NCBI GenBank assembly: GCA_017429165.1
Contig: JAFRPL010000036.1
Coordinates: 11,848 to 75,847 of the forward strand
Direction: 5' to 3'
Length of the DNA: 64,000 nt
From: Clostridia bacterium
GTDB taxonomy: Bacteria > Bacillota > Clostridia > Oscillospirales > CAG-382
The translations under genes and the position numbers were made by a program. Below are positions 35,657 to 47,102 of this stretch, piece by piece. The notes beneath the pieces are model-generated. The model made no database searches. It worked only from the letters and a program-made list of their open reading frames with translations, and was not told the DNA's origin. Within the stretch, counting starts at the first letter, position 1; every line of letters begins with the position of its first letter.

Positions 35657-37636
35657 TTGGCTAAGAAAAACGATTACAACGAGCAAAGTATAACTTCATT
35701 AAAAGGCGCCGACAGAGTGCGCCTCCGTCCTGCCGTTATTTTCGGCTCCGACGGGCTTGAAGGATGCGAGCATTCGTTTTTTGAGATCCTTTCCAATTCC
35801 ATAGACGAATCGCGCGAAGGCTACGGATCGCGCATCAATATCACCGTTTTCCGCGACCATTCCATTACCGTGGAAGATTTCGGCCGCGGCGTGCCGCTCG
35901 ACTGGAACGAAAAAGAGCAGCGCTATAACTGGGAGCTCGTATTTTGCGAACTGTACGCCGGCGGCAAGTATAAGAATCTCGAAGGCGGCGCGTACGAATA
36001 TTCTCTGGGGCTAAACGGGCTCGGCGCCTGCGCCACGCAGTATTCTTCCGAATATATGGAAGTTTACGCATATACGCGCGGCACCAAGTACAGCATTTCG
36101 TTCAAAGAAGGCAACCCGGCTTCAGAACTTGTCAAAGAGCCGTGCTCAAAAAACAAGAGCGGAACATGTATACACTGGAAACCGGATCTGAAGGTCTTTA
36201 CCGAAATCGCCATACCCCGCGAGTATTTCGAAACGACGCTCAAAAAGCAGGCGGTCGTCAATGCGGGGCTGGTGCTGGCTCTCAAATGGCAGACCGAAAA
36301 AGGCGGTTTCGAAGAGACCGAATTCTTCTATGAAAACGGGATCGTCGATTATATCAACGAGACAGTCGGCGTCAACTATTTAAACGAACCGCGCTTCTTT
36401 ACCGCGGAACGCGTGGGCCGCGACAGGGAAGACATGCCCGATTATAAGCTTAAGATGAATTTTGCGTTCTGCTTTTCCAACGAAGTGCAGATGATAGAGT
36501 ATTATCACAATTCGTCTTTCCTTGAACACGGCGGTTCGCCTGATAAGGCGCTTCGCAGCGCTTTCGTTTCGGTGATCGACAAATATCTGAAATCCAACAA
36601 CAAATACAAGGCAAAAGAAAACAAGATCACTTTCGCCGACGTCGAAGCCTGCCTTGTGTTCGTATCGAGCTCGTTTTCAACACAGACTTCTTACGCTAAC
36701 CAGACTAAAAAGGCAATTACAAATACGTTCATCACTTCCGCGATGACCGAATTCTTCAAACATTCGCTAGAAGTCTACTTCATAGAGAATCCCCAGGATG
36801 CGGACCGCATCTGCAATCAGGTGCTCATAAATATGCGCTCGCGTGAAAAAAGCGACGAAATGCGCATAAATATCAAGAAGCAGCTCACTACCTCGCTCGA
36901 CATATCGAATACGGTCGAAAAGTTCGTAAACTGCCGTTCAAAAGACAAAAATGTCTGCGAACTGTATATCGTTGAAGGCGATTCGGCGCTTTCCAGCTGC
37001 AAGCTTGCGCGTAAAGCCGAATTTCAGGCGCTTATCCCCGTACGCGGCAAAACGCTTAACTGCCTAAAAGCCAGCTATTCGCAGATATTTGACAGCCAGA
37101 TAATTACTGACCTTATAAAGATACTCGGCTGCGGTATAGAGATGAACGGCAAGCAATTCAAAGGGCAGCAGCTTTTCAACCTCGATCAGCTGCGGTGGAG
37201 CAAGGTAATCATCTGCACTGACGCCGACGAGGACGGGTATCAGATAAGGACTCTTATCCTCACCGTTTTCTACCGTCTTATGCCTACACTTCTGCGCGAA
37301 GGCAGAGTGTATATCGCGCTTACGCCGTTGTATGAGATCACGACCAAGGACGATACTTATTTCGCATACGACGAAAAAGAAAAGGCCGAAATAATGGAAA
37401 AGATCGGCGGCGCAAAATACACGATCCAGCGTTCAAAGGGCCTTGGCGAAAACGATCCGGATATGATGGAGCGTACCACTATGGCGCCTTCCACAAGGCG
37501 TTTGCTGCAGATAAAGCTCGATAACGAAGACACCGCCGCCGATATGTTCAATATACTGCTTGGCGACGATATCGCAAGCAGAAAAAAGTATATCGAAGAT
37601 TACGGCGCTCAGTATCTGCCGCTCGCAGACATTTAA
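35657..37636 (+). CDS. parE: Type IIA DNA topoisomerase subunit B (topoisomerase IV ParE-like)
   Basis: GHKL ATPase N-terminus LKGADRVRLRPAVIFGS...EILSNSIDE. Toprim motifs ELYIVEGDSA and IICTDADEDG. It is paired with an A subunit. ParE versus a second GyrB cannot be decided from sequence alone. Confidence 0.85.
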   Translation: MAKKNDYNEQSITSLKGADRVRLRPAVIFGSDGLEGCEHSFFEILSNSIDESREGYGSRINITVFRDHSITVEDFGRGVPLDWNEKEQRYNWELVFCELYAGGKYKNLEGGAYEYSLGLNGLGACATQYSSEYMEVYAYTRGTKYSISFKEGNPASELVKEPCSKNKSGTCIHWKPDLKVFTEIAIPREYFETTLKKQAVVNAGLVLALKWQTEKGGFEETEFFYENGIVDYINETVGVNYLNEPRFFTAERVGRDREDMPDYKLKMNFAFCFSNEVQMIEYYHNSSFLEHGGSPDKALRSAFVSVIDKYLKSNNKYKAKENKITFADVEACLVFVSSSFSTQTSYANQTKKAITNTFITSAMTEFFKHSLEVYFIENPQDADRICNQVLINMRSREKSDEMRINIKKQLTTSLDISNTVEKFVNCRSKDKNVCELYIVEGDSALSSCKLARKAEFQALIPVRGKTLNCLKASYSQIFDSQIITDLIKILGCGIEMNGKQFKGQQLFNLDQLRWSKVIICTDADEDGYQIRTLILTVFYRLMPTLLREGRVYIALTPLYEITTKDDTYFAYDEKEKAEIMEKIGGAKYTIQRSKGLGENDPDMMERTTMAPSTRRLLQIKLDNEDTAADMFNILLGDDIASRKKYIEDYGAQYLPLADI

Positions 37637-37654
37637 GGCACAGGAGTTTTAAGA

Positions 37655-39892
37655 ATGGCTAAGAGAAAAAAGCAGGAGATCCAAGTAGAAGAAAAGCCGG
37701 CAGAGATAGCGGTACAGGAAATAGCCGATGTACTTGAGACGAATTATATGCCTTACGCGATGTCGGTCATCGTTTCGCGTTCCATACCCGAAATAGACGG
37801 ATTCAAGGCTTCTCACCGCAAGCTCCTTTATACGATGTATAAAATGGGACTTCTCACGGGCAACCGCACAAAATCGACAAATGTAGTGGGCGCCACCATG
37901 AAGTTGAACCCTCACGGCGACGCGGCGATTTACGAAACGCTCGTGCGTCTCACCACCGGCAAAGACGCGCTCCTTCATCCGTTTATAGATTCCAAAGGCA
38001 CTTTCGGCAAACAGGGGTCGGATATCGTTTTCGCCGCTTCGCGCTATACCGAAGTCAAGCTCGACAAAATATGCGAATACGTATTCGGCGGTATAGAAAA
38101 AGACGCTGTCGATTTTACCGATAACTATGACCATACAATAACCGAACCTCTTCTGCTTCCGGTCGCGTTCCCAAACGTGCTTGTAGCTCCGAACTCGGGA
38201 ATAGCCGTCGGTATAGCGTGCAATATCTGTTCATTCAATCTCAACGAGATATGCGACGCGACTATAGCGCTGCTGCAGAAAGGCGGCCTTACGGACGACG
38301 AACTGCTCGAAATAGTCAAGGCGCCCGATTTCACTACCGGCGGGCAGTATCTTTATGACAAAGAAAAACTGCTTGAGATCTACCGTACCGGTCACGGGAC
38401 CGTGCGCCTCCGTTCAAAATACAGATACGACAAAAAAGATAATTGCATAGAAGTCTACGAGATACCTTACACGACAACGATCGAAAGCATCAAAGACAGT
38501 ATAGTCAAGCTTATAAAGGAAGGCAGTTTCCGCGAAATATCCGACGTGCGTGATGAGATCGGCAAAGACAGTATGAAGCTCGCCATAGATCTTAAACGCG
38601 GCGTCGATCCCGATAAGCTTATGGCCCGCCTTTTCCGCAACTCAAGAACGCATCTCGAAGACACTTTCCGCTGTAATTTCAACGTACTCATCTGCGGTTC
38701 TCCGCGCGTGCTCGGCGTTGCCGATCTGCTGGAAGAGTGGAGCGCTTTCCGTATAGAGTGCCTTAGACGGGTGTTCACGTTCGATTGGGAAAAGAAGAGA
38801 GCGCGCCTGCATCTGCTCGAAGGGCTTAAGAAAATACTGCTCGATATCGATAAAGCTATACGTATAATAAGGCATACCGAAAAAGACTCCGACGTCATTC
38901 CCAACCTTATGTCCGGCTTCGATATCGACGAATTACAGGCGGAATATATCGCAAATATCAAACTGCGCAATTTAAATAAAGAGTATCTGCTCGATAATAT
39001 CGACGAGATCGAAGGGCTCGAAAAAGAAGTCGGCGATCTGTATTCTCTCATCCAAAGCAACGCAAAGATAAGAAAGTATATAATCAAAGAGCTCGAAGCC
39101 GTCAAATCCAAATACGGCAAACCCCGCAAGACCGAGATAGTCTACGAAGACGGGCTTGCGGATTCGGTATCCGAAGAAGACGAACTTCCCGATTATCCCG
39201 TAACCGTTTTCCTTTCCAAGGAAGGCTATTTCAAGAAATGCACTGCTCAGTCGCTTCGCGGCAACGACGTGCAGAAATTTAAGGAAAACGACTACCTCGT
39301 ATCGGTGCAGGAATCGTCTAACAGGTCTCAGGTACTGTTCTTTACCGATAAAGCGCAGGTATACAAAGCGCGCATTTCGGAATTCGAAGATTCCAAAGCG
39401 AGCTCGCTCGGCGTGTTCGTACCTGTCAAACTCGGGTTCGATCCCGACGAAAAAGTCATTGCCGGTATCTGCCTGAACGATCTCAACTGCGATCTCGCGC
39501 TGTTCTTCGAAAACGGAAAAGCGGTCAGGATATCCGCTTCCGGCTACGAGACAAAGACTAACCGGCGTAAGCTGAAGAACGCGTTCTTCGACGGTTCTCC
39601 TTGCGTGGGAGTGTTCGTTTCAAACGAAAAGAACGAATATCTCGTACGTACGGACGCGATGCGCGCCCTGCTCATAAAAGATAAGCAGATCACCAAGAAA
39701 ACTACGCGTACGTCTTACGGATCCGCTGTCTTTACGCTCAAAAAGGGACAAAAAGTCATTTCCGCCGTCATTTACAACAAAGAAAAAGAGCCGCTTCAAA
39801 AAGAAAGCCGCTACCGCAAATCAGCGCTGCCTTCAGCCGGCGGTATATTCGAAGAAGAGGACGTCGATTTTTTACAGCAGACTCTTATATGA
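37655..39892 (+). CDS. parC: Type IIA DNA topoisomerase subunit A (topoisomerase IV ParC-like)
   Basis: YMPYAMSVIVSRSIPEIDGFKASHRKLLYTM and HPHGD-like NPHGDAAIYETLVRL. The active-site Tyr region is AASRYTEVKL. The C-terminal domain is short (745 aa total). Confidence 0.85.
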   Translation: MAKRKKQEIQVEEKPAEIAVQEIADVLETNYMPYAMSVIVSRSIPEIDGFKASHRKLLYTMYKMGLLTGNRTKSTNVVGATMKLNPHGDAAIYETLVRLTTGKDALLHPFIDSKGTFGKQGSDIVFAASRYTEVKLDKICEYVFGGIEKDAVDFTDNYDHTITEPLLLPVAFPNVLVAPNSGIAVGIACNICSFNLNEICDATIALLQKGGLTDDELLEIVKAPDFTTGGQYLYDKEKLLEIYRTGHGTVRLRSKYRYDKKDNCIEVYEIPYTTTIESIKDSIVKLIKEGSFREISDVRDEIGKDSMKLAIDLKRGVDPDKLMARLFRNSRTHLEDTFRCNFNVLICGSPRVLGVADLLEEWSAFRIECLRRVFTFDWEKKRARLHLLEGLKKILLDIDKAIRIIRHTEKDSDVIPNLMSGFDIDELQAEYIANIKLRNLNKEYLLDNIDEIEGLEKEVGDLYSLIQSNAKIRKYIIKELEAVKSKYGKPRKTEIVYEDGLADSVSEEDELPDYPVTVFLSKEGYFKKCTAQSLRGNDVQKFKENDYLVSVQESSNRSQVLFFTDKAQVYKARISEFEDSKASSLGVFVPVKLGFDPDEKVIAGICLNDLNCDLALFFENGKAVRISASGYETKTNRRKLKNAFFDGSPCVGVFVSNEKNEYLVRTDAMRALLIKDKQITKKTTRTSYGSAVFTLKKGQKVISAVIYNKEKEPLQKESRYRKSALPSAGGIFEEEDVDFLQQTLI

Positions 39893-39931
39893 CACATCCA
39901 TGACACAAAGCAATATAAGGGGGGAAAACAT

Positions 39932-41932
39932 ATGAGCCTTAAAAAACTCCTTAAAAACAACGTTTTCATGCTCGTACTGAGCATAGCGTTTATGATCGCG
40001 TTCTGCATCATAGCATTCGTATACAGCGTAAAAGCCGGGATCATTTCGACGATACTGTTTATATGTTATATCATTTATGTTATGATATACTCATATTTCG
40101 GCAGCGGCGAGATCAAGAACAACCTGGCCGGTAAATCGCTTGCCTCGCATACTTTCGATTTTATCTCGGATATGAACGTTCCCGTACTGCTTTGCGACGC
40201 ACGCGGATCCGTCTCTTGGTACAACAACGCGTTCCGCGAGCTGTTTTCCGAAACGACTTTCAAGATCGGCGACAGCGGAAAGTCGATTTCCGATGATATC
40301 GACATCGAACGCTTCGAAAAAATCTGTAAAGATACGGAATCTGATAATAATTATTTGCTTTCCAAAAAAGACAACAGATATTTTCGCATACATCCGTACT
40401 ATATCGAGACGATGCGCAAGAATTTTTGGCTTGCTGTATGGATCGACAGCACGGAGCACGAGGAACTTATCAAAAAGCATATCGATTCGAACGTGCTCGT
40501 AGCGTACGCTGCGGTCGATAACATAAACGAACTGTCTTCGGGCATACAGCAGGACAGATACCGCGAGATTTCAGCAAAGATCTATAACGTGCTCAACGAC
40601 TGGGTCAATTCGATGCACGGCATTATCAAGGAATACGAGCGCGACAAATATCTGATATTCTTTGAAGATAAATATATTGGCCAGCAGTTCGAATCCAAAT
40701 TCGACATCCTCGACAAGATCAACGATCTTTCCAAAGATACCGACGGCGTTCCTCTCACGGTTTCTATTGGTATAGCCAGAGTCTTCGGCAGCGGGCTCGA
40801 TGAAAAAGAAGAAGCCGCCAAGAATTCGCTTCAGCTCGCGCTCCAGCGCGGCGGCGCTCAGGTCGTGGTAAAGAACCGGAACGATAATGAATTTTACGGC
40901 GGCAGGACCAAGACTATTCAAAAACGCACCAAGATCAAATCGCGCGTGGTCGCCAACGAACTCGTGTCTCTCATTTCCAAATCGTCCAATGTTCTTATTA
41001 TGGGACACGCGAATCCGGATTTCGACGCCATCGCTTCCTGCGTCGGCATCGCCCGGCTCGCTTTGTCACTCGGAAAAGACGTAAAGATAATCGAAGATCT
41101 CGATAATCCCAACTTCATTATCTGCCGCGAAAAGCTTTCGGGCATCAAAGAATACGATAAAATGTTCGTCGATAGGGTATACGGACAGGAGCTCTTGAAA
41201 CCCGACACACTTGTCGTCATATCCGACGTCAGCAACGTAAGCATCTTCGAATCGCCCGAGATATACCGCAACGCCGAAAACGTAGTTATAATCGACCATC
41301 ACAGACAGACACAGGAATTCACCAAAAATCACGCCATCACGTATATAGAACCGACCGCTTCTTCGGCGAGCGAACTCGTAGCGGAAATGCTGGAGATCGT
41401 GCTTCAGCTGAATACGCTTGCAAAAGAAGAAGCCGAACTGATGCTTGCCGGCATCCTGCTCGACACGCAGAATTTCACACGTAACGTCGGCATACGTACT
41501 TTCTCTGCGGCAATGTACCTGCGCGGCGAAGGCGCAAATACGTCGAGCGCTCAGGCGATGTTCAAGTATCAGATAGGCGAGTTCAAAAAAATAGCCGAAT
41601 TCGAACGCAACATATTCATTTTCCGCAAGATATTCGCAATAACGCAGTACGAAAACGACAATGATCCCGAAAACCGTATCACAGCCGCTCAGGTGGCGGA
41701 TCGGATGCTTATGATCGACGGCATACACGCCTCGTTCACCGTTTCTAAAGTTGAAAACGCCATCCATATTTCCGCACGCAGCGACGGAAGCGTTAACGTT
41801 TCGCTCATTCTTGAAAAGATCGGCGGCGGCGGACATTTCGATTCCGCGGGCGCAAAGATCAGCGGTTCGAGCATGAAACAGGCGATGTCAATGCTGCGCG
41901 AAGCAATTGTGAATTATTGCGATAACAACTAA
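39932..41932 (+). CDS. gdpP: GdpP/YybT-like DHH-DHHA1 phosphodiesterase (c-di-AMP phosphodiesterase family)
   Basis: Two N-terminal TM helices, a PAS-like region and a degenerate GGDEF region. DHH motifs IMGHANPDFDAIAS and IIDHH. DHHA1 motif GGGGH. The gdpP-rplI-dnaB synteny matches Bacillus. Confidence 0.85.
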   Translation: MSLKKLLKNNVFMLVLSIAFMIAFCIIAFVYSVKAGIISTILFICYIIYVMIYSYFGSGEIKNNLAGKSLASHTFDFISDMNVPVLLCDARGSVSWYNNAFRELFSETTFKIGDSGKSISDDIDIERFEKICKDTESDNNYLLSKKDNRYFRIHPYYIETMRKNFWLAVWIDSTEHEELIKKHIDSNVLVAYAAVDNINELSSGIQQDRYREISAKIYNVLNDWVNSMHGIIKEYERDKYLIFFEDKYIGQQFESKFDILDKINDLSKDTDGVPLTVSIGIARVFGSGLDEKEEAAKNSLQLALQRGGAQVVVKNRNDNEFYGGRTKTIQKRTKIKSRVVANELVSLISKSSNVLIMGHANPDFDAIASCVGIARLALSLGKDVKIIEDLDNPNFIICREKLSGIKEYDKMFVDRVYGQELLKPDTLVVISDVSNVSIFESPEIYRNAENVVIIDHHRQTQEFTKNHAITYIEPTASSASELVAEMLEIVLQLNTLAKEEAELMLAGILLDTQNFTRNVGIRTFSAAMYLRGEGANTSSAQAMFKYQIGEFKKIAEFERNIFIFRKIFAITQYENDNDPENRITAAQVADRMLMIDGIHASFTVSKVENAIHISARSDGSVNVSLILEKIGGGGHFDSAGAKISGSSMKQAMSMLREAIVNYCDNN

Positions 41933-41947
41933 AGGAGGACACGATTT

Positions 41948-42391
41948 ATGAAAGTGATTTTGCTTCAGGACGTAAAGGCGCAGGGAAAAAAGGGCGATAT
42001 CGTCAACGTTTCCGACGGGTACGCCAAGAATTTCCTTTTTCCGCGCAATCTCGCCAAAGAAGCCAGCGCGTCGGCGCTCAACGAGGTAAAGCTCCGTAAA
42101 GAAGCCGAAAATTACCGCCACGATCAGGAAAAGCAGGCGGCGATAGAAAACAAAGCGATACTCGACAAAGCGACGCTCGTCTATAAGACCACCGGCGGGG
42201 CAGACGGAAGGCTCTATTCCGCAGTTACTTCCAAAGACATTTCCGAAATGATCAAAAAGGAACTCGGGATAGATATCGAAAAGAAAAAAATATCCGTCGA
42301 CGAAGTGATAAAGACCGTCGGCGAATACAAAGTGACCGTAAAGCTGTTCCCCGAGATCAGCTCCGTAATCAAAGTAATTGTAGAAGGATGA
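41948..42391 (+). CDS. rplI: 50S ribosomal protein L9
   Basis: N-terminus [36 protein letters not shown]. Confidence 0.95.
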   Translation: MKVILLQDVKAQGKKGDIVNVSDGYAKNFLFPRNLAKEASASALNEVKLRKEAENYRHDQEKQAAIENKAILDKATLVYKTTGGADGRLYSAVTSKDISEMIKKELGIDIEKKKISVDEVIKTVGEYKVTVKLFPEISSVIKVIVEG

Positions 42392-42398
42392 GTCTTTT

Positions 42399-43769
42399 AT
42401 GAGCGAATTTGAGGGAATCAAACAATACCCCCATTCAAATGAAGCCGAACAGGCGGTACTTGGCGCGCTTATCCTCGATCCGAACAGGTTTTCCGATACT
42501 GCCGGTATCACCGAAGAGGATTTCTATACGGATACGCATAGGGCGATTTACAGCGCGATAAGAAATCTCTATACACTCAGCCGTGAAATAGACGTCGTTA
42601 CTCTTGTTGAAGAAGTCAGAAAATCGTTCAACGATACCGATCTTGACGCTGCCAAGTATATCAAAACCATCTGCGATCTCGCCACCGAGAATTCCAATAT
42701 AAACGAATACGTTCGCATAATAAGCGAAAAGTCCGTGCTGCGCAAGCTGATCGACGCTTCCAGAAAGATATCCGAAAAAGCGTTCGACGGTACCGGCGAC
42801 GTCAAGAATATTGTTCAGTATTCCGAAGATCTCGTGTTCCGTATAGCAGACGAAAGATATCATACGGAACTGACGCATATTTCCGATACTGTCAAGGAAA
42901 ACTATGCGCGTTACCAGTATCTTTCACGCAATCCGAATTCGTACAGCGGCGTAAAGACCGGCTATTCCGAGCTTGACAGGTATTTTATCAGTCTTGCCGA
43001 AGGCGACCTGGTCCTTATAGGCGCACGCCCGGGCGTAGGTAAAACCACTTTCGCGCTCAATTTAGCTCTCAACGTGGGACTCAGATATCCCAAAAAGAGC
43101 ATAGCGATTTTTTCGCTTGAAATGTCCAAAGAACAGCTCGTGAACCGTCTCGTTTCATGTCAGGCGCTGATAGATAACTATACCGTCAAAAAGGCGACAT
43201 TTACTGACGAACAGTGGGGCGAGCTTGCCGAAGCGTGTTCGAAGCTCAGCGGTACGGAGATATACATTGACGACACTGCCAACGTTTCTGTCACCGATAT
43301 CGTCACCAAGGTCCGCCGTCTCAAAGACCCCGGACTGATCATAATCGACTATCTGCAGCTTATGCGTGGCGAATCGCACAAAGACAACCGTGTGCTCGAA
43401 GTGGGCGATATAACCCGCTCACTCAAAATACTCGCCAAAGACTTAAAAGTACCCGTTCTGTTGGTATCGCAGCTCTCACGTCCTCCAAAGGGATTGAAAG
43501 AGAAGAGACCCCAGCTTCAGGATCTGCGCGATTCCGGCTCCATAGAACAGGACGCCGATATCGTAATGCTCCTCTATCGCGAAGGATACGACAGCGGCGA
43601 AGGCGAAAAAAACAATTATACAGATAACAGTCAGAAAACCGTGGAATGCATTATAGCGAAAAACCGCCACGGCAGCACGGGCACCGTCAATTTCGCATGG
43701 TACGGTCCTTATTTCAAATATGTCGAGATAGACGAATCATACAACAAAGAAAAAGAAAATGAGCAGTAA
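42399..43769 (+). CDS. dnaB: Replicative DNA helicase
   Basis: Motifs PHSNEAEQAVLGALILD, Walker A GARPGVGKTTFALN, IIDYLQLM and SQLSR. Confidence 0.95.
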   Translation: MSEFEGIKQYPHSNEAEQAVLGALILDPNRFSDTAGITEEDFYTDTHRAIYSAIRNLYTLSREIDVVTLVEEVRKSFNDTDLDAAKYIKTICDLATENSNINEYVRIISEKSVLRKLIDASRKISEKAFDGTGDVKNIVQYSEDLVFRIADERYHTELTHISDTVKENYARYQYLSRNPNSYSGVKTGYSELDRYFISLAEGDLVLIGARPGVGKTTFALNLALNVGLRYPKKSIAIFSLEMSKEQLVNRLVSCQALIDNYTVKKATFTDEQWGELAEACSKLSGTEIYIDDTANVSVTDIVTKVRRLKDPGLIIIDYLQLMRGESHKDNRVLEVGDITRSLKILAKDLKVPVLLVSQLSRPPKGLKEKRPQLQDLRDSGSIEQDADIVMLLYREGYDSGEGEKNNYTDNSQKTVECIIAKNRHGSTGTVNFAWYGPYFKYVEIDESYNKEKENEQ

Positions 43770-45087
43770 AAGCAGATCAAAACTCCGCCTGCGAGTCATC
43801 AAAACAATAGAAGAAAACGGTTTGCTTGAAGGCGCCCGAAGCGTGCTCCTCGGCTTTTCTGGAGGTATGGATTCGGCGGTACTTTTCGACGTGCTTCTCA
43901 CTTTACGCAAAAAGTATTCTTTCACGCTTTACGCGGCGCATGTTAATCATATGATCCGCGGCAAAGAAAGCGATAGTGACGAGGATCTTGTCCGTCTGGT
44001 ATGCGAAAAAGCCGGAGTCCGCTTGTTTACAAAGCGTGTGGATGTTCCACGAATAGCCAAAGAATGCGGAGTATCGCTCGAGACTGCTGCCCGCGACGAA
44101 AGATATGCTTTCTTTTTTGAGTGCGTTATTAAGAATAAGATCGACTCGATCGCTACGGCGCATAACGCGTGCGACAACACCGAGACCGTTCTGTTTAATC
44201 TCGTTCGCGGTACTTATGTAAAAGGCCTTGCCGGTATTCCGTATAAAAGAGGCTGCCTTATCCGGCCGCTGCGCGACTGCGAACGCAGTCAGATATCCGA
44301 GTACGCCCTTCGCTACGGCATATCATACGTTACCGATTCCACCAATCTTATCGACGACTGTTCGCGCAATATACTGCGCTTAAACGTTATACCGCAGCTG
44401 CGCAGGATAAATCCCTCGCTTGACAGCGTAGTCCTAAACGAAAGCAAGCTGTTCTCCGCGCTCAGCGAACATCTTCAATCGTCTGTACCCGAAAAAAACG
44501 CCGGCCTTTCGGGATCGCCGGATCATATAATAGCATCCTGCATTATAGAAAAATGCGGCTTTTTGAACAGGGAACTATTAGAACGCATTGTTTCGGCTGT
44601 AAAGAATAAAGCAGACACGTCGTTCATTTTGCCGCAAGGCAGGGCGCTTTGTACGCACGGCGGAAGCTTTGATATCCTGGTTCCTGCGGAGCGCGAACGC
44701 AAAAAGATTGAATATACCGTGCTTTCCGAAGGCAAGAATATATTGGCGGAAGGCGTCAGCGCTACGCTGTCATTCGCTGAAAATTTTAACGAAATTTACA
44801 AATACACAACAACATTCGCGCTTAGATTTGATAATATTAAAAGCGTGATATCCGCAAGAGCAAGAGCCGAAGGCGACCGTATAAACGTTCACGGTATCTG
44901 CAAAAGCGTAAAAAAGGAATTCATAAACAAAAAGATCCCACGCGAACTTCGCGATCTCATACCGGTAATACTCATTGACGGCAAAATTGCCGCAGTACCT
45001 TTTATAGGAACGGACGACGCTTTTTTCGTAAAAGACCCGTCAAAAGCCGGTGTGTTTGTCGGCATCGAATTGCCGCAAGGAAAGTAA
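43759..45087 (+). CDS. tilS: tRNA(Ile)-lysidine synthetase
   Basis: PP-loop LLGFSGGMDSAVL and AAHVNHMIRG. It overlaps the dnaB stop by 11 nt. Confidence 0.9.
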   Translation: MSSKSRSKLRLRVIKTIEENGLLEGARSVLLGFSGGMDSAVLFDVLLTLRKKYSFTLYAAHVNHMIRGKESDSDEDLVRLVCEKAGVRLFTKRVDVPRIAKECGVSLETAARDERYAFFFECVIKNKIDSIATAHNACDNTETVLFNLVRGTYVKGLAGIPYKRGCLIRPLRDCERSQISEYALRYGISYVTDSTNLIDDCSRNILRLNVIPQLRRINPSLDSVVLNESKLFSALSEHLQSSVPEKNAGLSGSPDHIIASCIIEKCGFLNRELLERIVSAVKNKADTSFILPQGRALCTHGGSFDILVPAERERKKIEYTVLSEGKNILAEGVSATLSFAENFNEIYKYTTTFALRFDNIKSVISARARAEGDRINVHGICKSVKKEFINKKIPRELRDLIPVILIDGKIAAVPFIGTDDAFFVKDPSKAGVFVGIELPQGK

Positions 45088-45102
45088 TTCATTCATGTAA
45101 AG

Positions 45103-47082
45103 GTGGTGGAATTGTTGAAATCCAACCGAGGCATCATATGGTTTTATCTTATCGTAATAGTTGCCATCATTTTCATAGCGTCTCTGATCGCTTCCGGCAA
45201 TACCGAAAAAGCAGTAAAGTACAGCGATGTCGTAAAGAATTTTAAAGATGAAAACGTAACCGCGTTCGTCATCGACCAGAATAACGTCATAACGATGCAG
45301 CTGAAGTCGGGAAAGGTCATTGAATACCAGCTGCGATATTTCGAGATCTTTTACGACGATCTGCACGAACTGATCAGCGAACAGCAGAATAAAGGAATTT
45401 TACAGGATTACGATTACGAACCCGCTACCTCGCTCCCGTGGTGGGTGAGGTTCCTGCCTTATCTTATCGTCATCGGCGTGTTCATTTTCCTGTGGTGGAA
45501 ATTCATTTCGCGCGCGACAGGTAAAAGCGGCACGTCTTCAGGTACCGGCGGCGGCCTCGGCGGACGGATGAATTCCTTCACCAAGGCGAGAACAAAGCTT
45601 GGCTCCGACGAAAAGCATAAGGTCCTGTTTTCAGACGTGGCAGGCGCAGACGAAGAGAAGGAAGAGCTCAAGGAGATCGTCGAATTCCTCAGGAACCCCT
45701 CCAAATTCAATTCGCTTGGCGCAAAAATACCTCGCGGCGTCCTGCTCGTAGGCGCACCTGGTACCGGTAAAACCCTGCTTGCAAAAGCAGTAGCTGGAGA
45801 ATCCGGAGTTCCTTTCTATGCTATTTCGGGTTCAGACTTTTTGGAAATGTACGTCGGCGTAGGCGCTTCGCGCGTGAGAGACCTCTTTGAGACCGCAAAG
45901 AAGACCGCGCCCGCTATAATATTCATCGATGAGATCGATGCCGTAGGCAGACACAGAGGCGCCGGTTGGGGCGGCGGTCACGACGAACGCGAACAAACTC
46001 TTAACCAGCTGCTTGTCGAAATGGACGGTTTCGGCGTAAACGACGGCGTTATAGTCATTGCCGCAACTAACAGGCCCGATATACTCGATCCCGCGCTTCT
46101 CAGGCCGGGCAGATTCGACAGACAGGTGACGATCAATTACCCCGATATAAAGGGAAGAACCGAAATACTCAAAGTACACTCACGCAACAAACCGCTTTCC
46201 GGAAACGTGGATCTCGAAACGATCGCGCGTTCGACCAGCGGCTTTACAGGCGCTGATCTTGCAAACCTTCTAAACGAGGCGGCCCTGCTCGCCGCGCGCG
46301 AAGGCAAGAGCGAGATCGATATGGAAGACATTGAGCAAGCCGAGATCAAAGTCATCGTAGGACCTCAGAAGAAATCACGCGTCATAAAAGAAGAAGAAAA
46401 ACGCAATACCGCGTATCACGAGGCGGGCCATGCGATCGTCGGCCATCTTCTTCCTTCGCAGGATACTGTTCAGCAGGTATCCATTATCCCAAGCGGTATG
46501 GCTATGGGCTATACGATTGCGATCCCTCAGGAAGACAAATACAACGCGTATAAGGACGAAATGATCGACCGCATTTCAGTGCTTTTGGGCGGCAGATGCG
46601 CAGAAAAGCTCGTTCTTAACGACATTTCCGCCGGCGCTTCCAACGACATTCAGCGCGCTTCGGAACTCGCGCGTAAAATGGTAACGCAGTACGGTATGAG
46701 CGAAACGCTCGGACCCATCGTCTTCGGCACCGGTCACGACGAAGTGTTCCTGGGCAAAGATTTCACGTCAACGCGCAATTATTCCGAAAAAGTCGCCGCC
46801 GAGATCGACGACGAAGTTCATTCCATTGTTCAAAAAGCATATGCGCAGGCGGAAAAGATCCTTACGGAAAACCGCGATAAACTCGATTTTGTTGCCGAAT
46901 ATCTCGTAGTTAACGAGATCATGGACAGAGAACAGTTCATCGCAGTATTCGAACCCGACGCCTCGTTTGAAAAACTCGACGCCATAAAAGCAGCGAAACG
47001 CGCCAGATACGCTAAAGAAAAAGCGCCGGAAGAGTCAGAATCAAAAGAAGAAAAAACCGAAGACTCTCCCAAAAGCGAATAA
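45103..47082 (+). CDS. ftsH: ATP-dependent zinc metalloprotease FtsH
   Basis: Walker [14 protein letters not shown], Walker [33 protein letters not shown], and zinc site HEAGHAIV. The true start may be TTG at 45112 or 45115, downstream of AAGGTGG. Confidence 0.96.
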   Translation: MVELLKSNRGIIWFYLIVIVAIIFIASLIASGNTEKAVKYSDVVKNFKDENVTAFVIDQNNVITMQLKSGKVIEYQLRYFEIFYDDLHELISEQQNKGILQDYDYEPATSLPWWVRFLPYLIVIGVFIFLWWKFISRATGKSGTSSGTGGGLGGRMNSFTKARTKLGSDEKHKVLFSDVAGADEEKEELKEIVEFLRNPSKFNSLGAKIPRGVLLVGAPGTGKTLLAKAVAGESGVPFYAISGSDFLEMYVGVGASRVRDLFETAKKTAPAIIFIDEIDAVGRHRGAGWGGGHDEREQTLNQLLVEMDGFGVNDGVIVIAATNRPDILDPALLRPGRFDRQVTINYPDIKGRTEILKVHSRNKPLSGNVDLETIARSTSGFTGADLANLLNEAALLAAREGKSEIDMEDIEQAEIKVIVGPQKKSRVIKEEEKRNTAYHEAGHAIVGHLLPSQDTVQQVSIIPSGMAMGYTIAIPQEDKYNAYKDEMIDRISVLLGGRCAEKLVLNDISAGASNDIQRASELARKMVTQYGMSETLGPIVFGTGHDEVFLGKDFTSTRNYSEKVAAEIDDEVHSIVQKAYAQAEKILTENRDKLDFVAEYLVVNEIMDREQFIAVFEPDASFEKLDAIKAAKRARYAKEKAPEESESKEEKTEDSPKSE

Positions 47083-47102
47083 TTATCAGTGAAAGGTGAA
47101 TT